Shown here in pieces: positions 46,121 to 50,417 of a stretch of DNA of 50,417 bases. The DNA comes from Methylobacteriaceae bacterium (GTDB lineage Bacteria > Pseudomonadota > Alphaproteobacteria > Rhizobiales > Beijerinckiaceae). Made by a program: the position numbers and the translations under genes. Position 1 is the first letter of the stretch, and each line of letters starts with the position of its first letter. Location: NCBI GenBank assembly GCA_034669525.1, contig JAXDNH010000116.1, positions 1-50,417 on the forward strand. The letters run 5' to 3'. The notes under the pieces were generated by a model, which was not told where the DNA came from, did not search any database, and worked only from the letters and a program-made list of their open reading frames with translations.

Positions 46121-47977
46121 TCAGGCCTTCTCGAGTTCGCTCGATAGCTGCAGCCACTCTTCTTCCGCGGCGGCAAGCGCCTGCTGCAAATCGCGGCGTT
46201 GCGCTGCGAGCTGCGAGGCTTTTTGCGGCTCGCGCTTGAAAGCATCGGGTTCGGCGAGCGCCGTATCGATCCGCGCGATCAAGTTCTCGAATTTGCCAAT
46301 CTGTTCCTCCAGCGCCGCGACTCGCTTGCGCACCAAAGCGGGCGACCGCTCCTGCTTTTGAACAGGATCGGCGCGCTTGCTCGTCGAGCCTGACGGCTGA
46401 CGCTCCGCACCCCCGCTCTTATCGAGAACCAGCCGGCGGTAATCATCGAGATCGCCGTCGAATGCTGCGACCGTCCCGCCGGCGACAAGCCATAGCCGCT
46501 CGACACATGCTTCAAGAAGATGCCGGTCGTGTGCGATGAGGATGACCGCACCGTCATATTCGTTGAGTGCCTCGATAAGCGCGGTGCGGCTATCGATATC
46601 GAGATGGTTGGTCGGCTCGTCGAGAATGAGCAGATGCGGTGCATCGAACGCGGCGAGGCCCAACAGCAGCCGCGCCTTTTCGCCGCCGGAGAGAAGCGCG
46701 ACCGGGGTTTCGGCCTTCGTTGCCGTAAAGCCGAGCCGCGCCGCATGCGCACGCACGATCGTCTCCGACGCGTCGGGTACCAGGCGCCGCACTGCAGAGA
46801 GCGGCGTGTCGGCGGGATCGAGATCGTCGATCTGATGTTGCGTGAAAAAGCCGGCGCGGAGCTTTGCTGCGCGGACAACTTTTCCGCCGAGCGCGTCAAG
46901 CCGTCCGCCGACGAGCTTCGCCAGCGTCGATTTGCCGTTGCCGTTCGCGCCGAGAAGGCCGATGCGATCGTCGTTGGAGATGGACAGATTAAGCCCCGAG
47001 AGCACGGGCTTCCCGTCATAGCCAGCGCTGGCGTTCTCCATCGCAATGATTGGCGGCGATAGCGGCCTCTTCGGCGAGGGCAGGTGAAAGGGGGGCACGC
47101 TCTCGTCGACGATCAGTTCAACCTCTTCCATCTTGGCGAGGATCTTCAATCGCGCCTGTGCCTGGCGTGCCTTCGTCGCTTTGGCGCGGAAGCGGTCGAC
47201 GAATGACTGCAAGTGCTTGCGCTTGTCCTCCTGTTTCTTCGCTGCTTTGCCGAGCAGCATCTGCTGTTCGCGGCGCTGGCGCTCGAAGCTCGAATAATCA
47301 CCGCGATAGGGCGTCAGCTTGCCGCGATCCAGATGCAGGATGTGATCGCAGGCATGATCGAGCAGGTCGCGGTCGTGGCTGATGATCAGAAGAGTGGCCG
47401 GATAATTCGCGAGATGATCCATCAGCCAAAGCGTGCCCTCGATGTCGAGATAGTTTGTCGGCTCGTCGAGGAGCAGCATGTCGGGCGTCGTGAACAAAGC
47501 GGCGGCAAGCGCCACTCGCATGCGCCAGCCGCCGGAAAAGGCTGAGAGCGGCCGCGCCTGCGCGGCTTCTTCGAAGCCGAGACCGGCGAGGATCGCCGCC
47601 GCGCGTGCCGGCGCCGAATGCGCGTTGATGTCGACGAGCCGCGTTTGAATTTCCGCGATGCGCGCCGGGTCGGTCGCGCTTCCGGCTTCCGCAAGCAGCG
47701 CGCTGCGCTCGATATCCGCCGCGAGCACGAAATCGAGGAGCGTTGTCTCGCCGCCGGGCGCCTCCTGCTCGACCTGCCCGAGGCGCGCGCGGCGGGGCAG
47801 GGCGATCGTGCCGCCCTCGGGCGCGAGCTCGCCGCCGATCAGCCGAAACAGCGTCGTCTTGCCTACGCCGTTGCGGCCGACGAAGCCGACGCGCGCACCC
47901 GGAGGCAACATCGCGCTCGTGCCGTCGAACAGAAGACGGGGCCCAAGCCGGTAGGTGAGATCGCTGATCTGCAGCAT
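46121..47977 (-). CDS. ABC-F family ATPase (two ABC domains, no membrane domain)
   Basis: Two Walker A motifs (GRNGVGKTT, GANGNGKST) and two signatures (FSGGWRMR, LSGGEKAR) are present. The product also has an inter-domain linker and a C-terminal coiled-coil-like tail. Confidence 0.85.
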   Translation of the reverse strand: MLQISDLTYRLGPRLLFDGTSAMLPPGARVGFVGRNGVGKTTLFRLIGGELAPEGGTIALPRRARLGQVEQEAPGGETTLLDFVLAADIERSALLAEAGSATDPARIAEIQTRLVDINAHSAPARAAAILAGLGFEEAAQARPLSAFSGGWRMRVALAAALFTTPDMLLLDEPTNYLDIEGTLWLMDHLANYPATLLIISHDRDLLDHACDHILHLDRGKLTPYRGDYSSFERQRREQQMLLGKAAKKQEDKRKHLQSFVDRFRAKATKARQAQARLKILAKMEEVELIVDESVPPFHLPSPKRPLSPPIIAMENASAGYDGKPVLSGLNLSISNDDRIGLLGANGNGKSTLAKLVGGRLDALGGKVVRAAKLRAGFFTQHQIDDLDPADTPLSAVRRLVPDASETIVRAHAARLGFTATKAETPVALLSGGEKARLLLGLAAFDAPHLLILDEPTNHLDIDSRTALIEALNEYDGAVILIAHDRHLLEACVERLWLVAGGTVAAFDGDLDDYRRLVLDKSGGAERQPSGSTSKRADPVQKQERSPALVRKRVAALEEQIGKFENLIARIDTALAEPDAFKREPQKASQLAAQRRDLQQALAAAEEEWLQLSSELEKA

Positions 47978-48088
47978 CGGCGGCTATTGCCGCCCGCAGC
48001 GACGTATGTCTAGGCCTGCTTGCCGCCCCTGGAGGGCGCGGCTATAAGCGCGCGCCTCTCAACAGCGATAGCAAGGACCCGCCGCCCC

Positions 48089-48511
48089 ATGGCGACTGAA
48101 CGCACTTTCTCGATCCTCAAACCCGACGCGACGCGCCGCAATCTGACCGGCAAGATCAATGCGAAGATCGAGGAAGCAGGATTGCGCATCGTCGCGCAGA
48201 AGCGCGTGCGCATGACGCGCGATCAGGCCGAGACGTTTTACGCCGTGCATAAGGAGCGGCCGTTCTTCGGCGAATTGGTCGAGCAAATGACGGGTGGCCC
48301 CGTCGTGGTGCAGGTGCTCGAAGGCGAGAACGCGATCCAAAAATATCGCGAGGTGATGGGCGCGACGAACCCGGAGAAGGCCGATCCCGGCACGATCCGC
48401 AAGGACTACGCGCTCAACATGGGCGAGAATTCCGTGCACGGCTCCGACGCGCCGGAGACGGCAAAGATCGAGATCGCGCAGTGGTTTTCGGGAAACGAGA
48501 TCGTCGGGTGA
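48089..48511 (+). CDS. ndk: Nucleoside-diphosphate kinase
   Basis: The product reads [23 protein letters not shown]...NSVHGSDA (active-site His) and is 140 aa. The track start at 48020 is over-extended. Confidence 0.92.
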   Translation: MATERTFSILKPDATRRNLTGKINAKIEEAGLRIVAQKRVRMTRDQAETFYAVHKERPFFGELVEQMTGGPVVVQVLEGENAIQKYREVMGATNPEKADPGTIRKDYALNMGENSVHGSDAPETAKIEIAQWFSGNEIVG

Positions 48512-48529
48512 GTCGCCCCGGCAAGCCGA

Positions 48530-49147
48530 TCAGGACAACCACAATTTTCTGAGCTGCACTTCCGGGCCGTTGAAGAAGTCGCGATCGCAGGATCCGATGC
48601 CGTTGACACTGTGCGGCTCGGGTCCGTGTACACCATCCGTATATTGCCAGAACGTCCATGTCTGCCAATTCGGCGGGATGAACGGTTGCGGTGCGTATTC
48701 TGCAATCCACAACCAGCATTGCACCAAGACCGGATCGGACGCCGTTCCGATCAGACTTTTCAGGTAGCTTCCGCCATAGAGGCCGGGAAATCGGCCGGTC
48801 CGCGCCTGCACGTGCGTGACGAAAGCGCGCGCTTCATCGAGATCCATGCTTGAGCCGGCGGTGTTCTCTTCGAAATCGAGCGCAAGAAGGACGTTGTCGG
48901 TATTGCCGACGACAGCAAGAAAATGCTCGGCCTGCGCGACGCCGTCTGCGCCTGTCGCGAAATGATAGGCGCCCCAGAGCAGTCCGGCCTGTGTCGCGTT
49001 GGCGCGATTGCGTTCATATGTCGGGTCGATGTCCAGCTGCCCCTGTGTGGCTTTTTGCACGACGCCGAGAATGCCGTCGCCGGCGACGGCCTGGAAATCG
49101 ACGTCGCCATCCCAGTGCGATATATCGATCACGGCGTTCAAATGCAT
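48530..49147 (-). CDS. Glycoside hydrolase family 25 muramidase (lysozyme)
   Basis: MHLNAVIDISHWDGDVDF and ALDFEE are GH25 catalytic contexts. The product is 205 aa when started at the ATG at 49147. It has no signal peptide. Confidence 0.75.
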   Translation of the reverse strand: MHLNAVIDISHWDGDVDFQAVAGDGILGVVQKATQGQLDIDPTYERNRANATQAGLLWGAYHFATGADGVAQAEHFLAVVGNTDNVLLALDFEENTAGSSMDLDEARAFVTHVQARTGRFPGLYGGSYLKSLIGTASDPVLVQCWLWIAEYAPQPFIPPNWQTWTFWQYTDGVHGPEPHSVNGIGSCDRDFFNGPEVQLRKLWLS

Positions 49148-49245
49148 GGCACGCCTCCGAACTGACGTGTGGCTCAACCCAAACGCGAGCTTAACCACGT
49201 CCGCATTGCAGAGGAAGGGCGAACGAGGCATAAAGGGGAATCTCC

Positions 49246-50417
49246 ATGAACGCCCCCGTCCAGATCGCCCGCCTTCGCTCGACCTGCCCGCACGATTGCC
49301 CCTCGTGCTGCGCGCTGGACGTCGAGGTACTTGGCCCGGGCCGCATCGGCCGCGTGCATGGAGCAAAGGAGCAGACTTACACGGCGGGAATCGTCTGCGC
49401 CAAAGTCGCGCGTTACGCCGAGCGCGTGCATCACCCGGAGCGATTGCTCTATCCGCTGAAGCGGGTCGGTGCGAAGGGATCTGGGCAATTCGAGCGCGTC
49501 TCCTGGGACGAGGCACTGGACATCATCGCGCGCGAATTCGTGCGCGCCGAGGACGAATTCGGGCCCGAGAGCGTGTGGCCGTACCATTACGCCGGCACGA
49601 TGGGTCACGTCATGCGCTCGGGCATCGTGCGTCTTACCAATGCCAAGAAATATTCGCGCTTCTTCTCGACGATTTGCGTGAACCTTGCGTGGCCGGGCTT
49701 CATCGCCGGCACGGGCAAGATGGCCGGTCCCGATCCGCGCGAGATGGCGAAAGCCGATTGCGTCGTGATCTGGGGCACCAATGCGGCGGCGACGCAGGTC
49801 AACGTGATGACCCACGCGATTCGCGCCCGCAAAGAACGTGGAGCGAAGATCGTCGTCGTCGATGTCTATCGCAACGCGACCATGGAGCAGGCCGATCTCG
49901 CGCTCTGCCTGAAGCCGGGCACCGACGGCGCGCTCGCCTGCGCGGTCATGAATGTGCTGTTCCGTGAAGGACTTGCCGACCGCGCCTACCTCGCGCGCTA
50001 CACCGATGCTCCGGCCGAGCTCGAGGCGCATCTTGCCACCCGCACCCCGGAATGGGCGTCTGGTATCACCGGTTTGTCGGCCGACGACATCGAGGAATTC
50101 GCCCATCTCGTCGGCACCCGGAAGCGCACGTATTTCCGCCTCGGCTACGGCTTCTCGCGCAGCCGCAACGGCGCGGCGAACATGCATGCCGCCACCTGCA
50201 TCGCCGCCGTGACGGGGGCCTGGCAGTACGAAGGCGGCGGCGCCTTCCACAACAACCACGCCATCTTCCACCTCGACAAGCGCCTGCTCGAAGGCGCCGA
50301 GCTCTGCGATCCGAAAACCCGCGCGCTCGACCAGTCGCGCATCGGCGCGATCCTCTGCGGCGAGCCGGACGCGCTAGAGGGCGGCCCGCCGGTCAAGGCG
50401 CTGCTCGTGCAGAGCAC
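49246..50417 (+). CDS. Molybdopterin (bis-MGD) oxidoreductase family protein, 3' end outside window
   Basis: This gene is absent from the ORF track because the frame has no stop before the window ends. AAAGGGGAA lies upstream of the ATG at 49246. The product begins MNAPVQIARLRSTCPHDCPSCCALDV (an N-terminal Cys cluster for 4Fe-4S). VIWGTNAAATQVN and KPGTDGALA are typical of the DMSO-reductase superfamily. Confidence 0.8.
   Translation, partial: MNAPVQIARLRSTCPHDCPSCCALDVEVLGPGRIGRVHGAKEQTYTAGIVCAKVARYAERVHHPERLLYPLKRVGAKGSGQFERVSWDEALDIIAREFVRAEDEFGPESVWPYHYAGTMGHVMRSGIVRLTNAKKYSRFFSTICVNLAWPGFIAGTGKMAGPDPREMAKADCVVIWGTNAAATQVNVMTHAIRARKERGAKIVVVDVYRNATMEQADLALCLKPGTDGALACAVMNVLFREGLADRAYLARYTDAPAELEAHLATRTPEWASGITGLSADDIEEFAHLVGTRKRTYFRLGYGFSRSRNGAANMHAATCIAAVTGAWQYEGGGAFHNNHAIFHLDKRLLEGAELCDPKTRALDQSRIGAILCGEPDALEGGPPVKALLVQS

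Noticed and set aside
49174-50271. A 365-aa minus-strand ORF.
   Set aside because: It is antisense to the open-ended molybdopterin oxidoreductase frame that starts at 49246. The product is low-complexity and Arg-rich.

Overview
This is a high-G+C chromosomal segment whose gene content and protein sequences look alphaproteobacterial (Hyphomicrobiales/Rhizobiales-like). All calls come from reading the sequence and the ORF translations; no database was searched.

Most of the window is housekeeping:
- a LysR regulator (5' end off-window), msrP, mtnP, modA, hemF and trmL
- the cytochrome bc1 operon petABC
- an EF-G paralogue and an aspartate aminotransferase
- a five-gene Liv-type ABC importer lying divergent to malate synthase G
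- lipB, a panC-acyP-DUF805-PAP2 operon, an ABC-F ATPase and ndk
- a GH25 muramidase and a molybdopterin oxidoreductase that runs off the 3' edge and is absent from the supplied ORF track

Two blocks look accessory:
1. A roughly 8 kb mosaic region (about 24.2-32.46 kb) of visibly lower and patchy G+C abuts the 3' end of a tRNA-Leu(GAG) gene. It has no integrase. It carries a candidate HEPN-like (RNIATH) protein, a small protein plus a secreted trypsin-like protease, a decayed IS1595-type transposase, a DUF1259/ATP-grasp/DUF2189 cassette and a HAF-repeat/DUF4214/RTX secreted protein.
2. A 37.4-46 kb block carries a LapG/BTLCP-type periplasmic cysteine protease, a Baeyer-Villiger monooxygenase, a 1300-aa modular RTX adhesin, an LVIVD beta-propeller protein and a mini membrane ORF.

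Other points worth a second look:
- An in-frame TAG interrupts a Mn-catalase/DUF892 fusion exactly at a conserved Tyr.
- Two unlisted ~25-codon hydrophobic mini-ORFs bracket a membrane protein.
- GGAAC-N16-xGTT-like (EcfG/general-stress-type) promoter candidates sit in front of several stress-like genes.
- A ~360 bp hairpin-dense non-coding block lies at the left island junction.
- The EF-G paralogue lacks the catalytic switch-II histidine.

Many long ORFs in the track are antisense shadows of real genes, as expected at this G+C, and were rejected.
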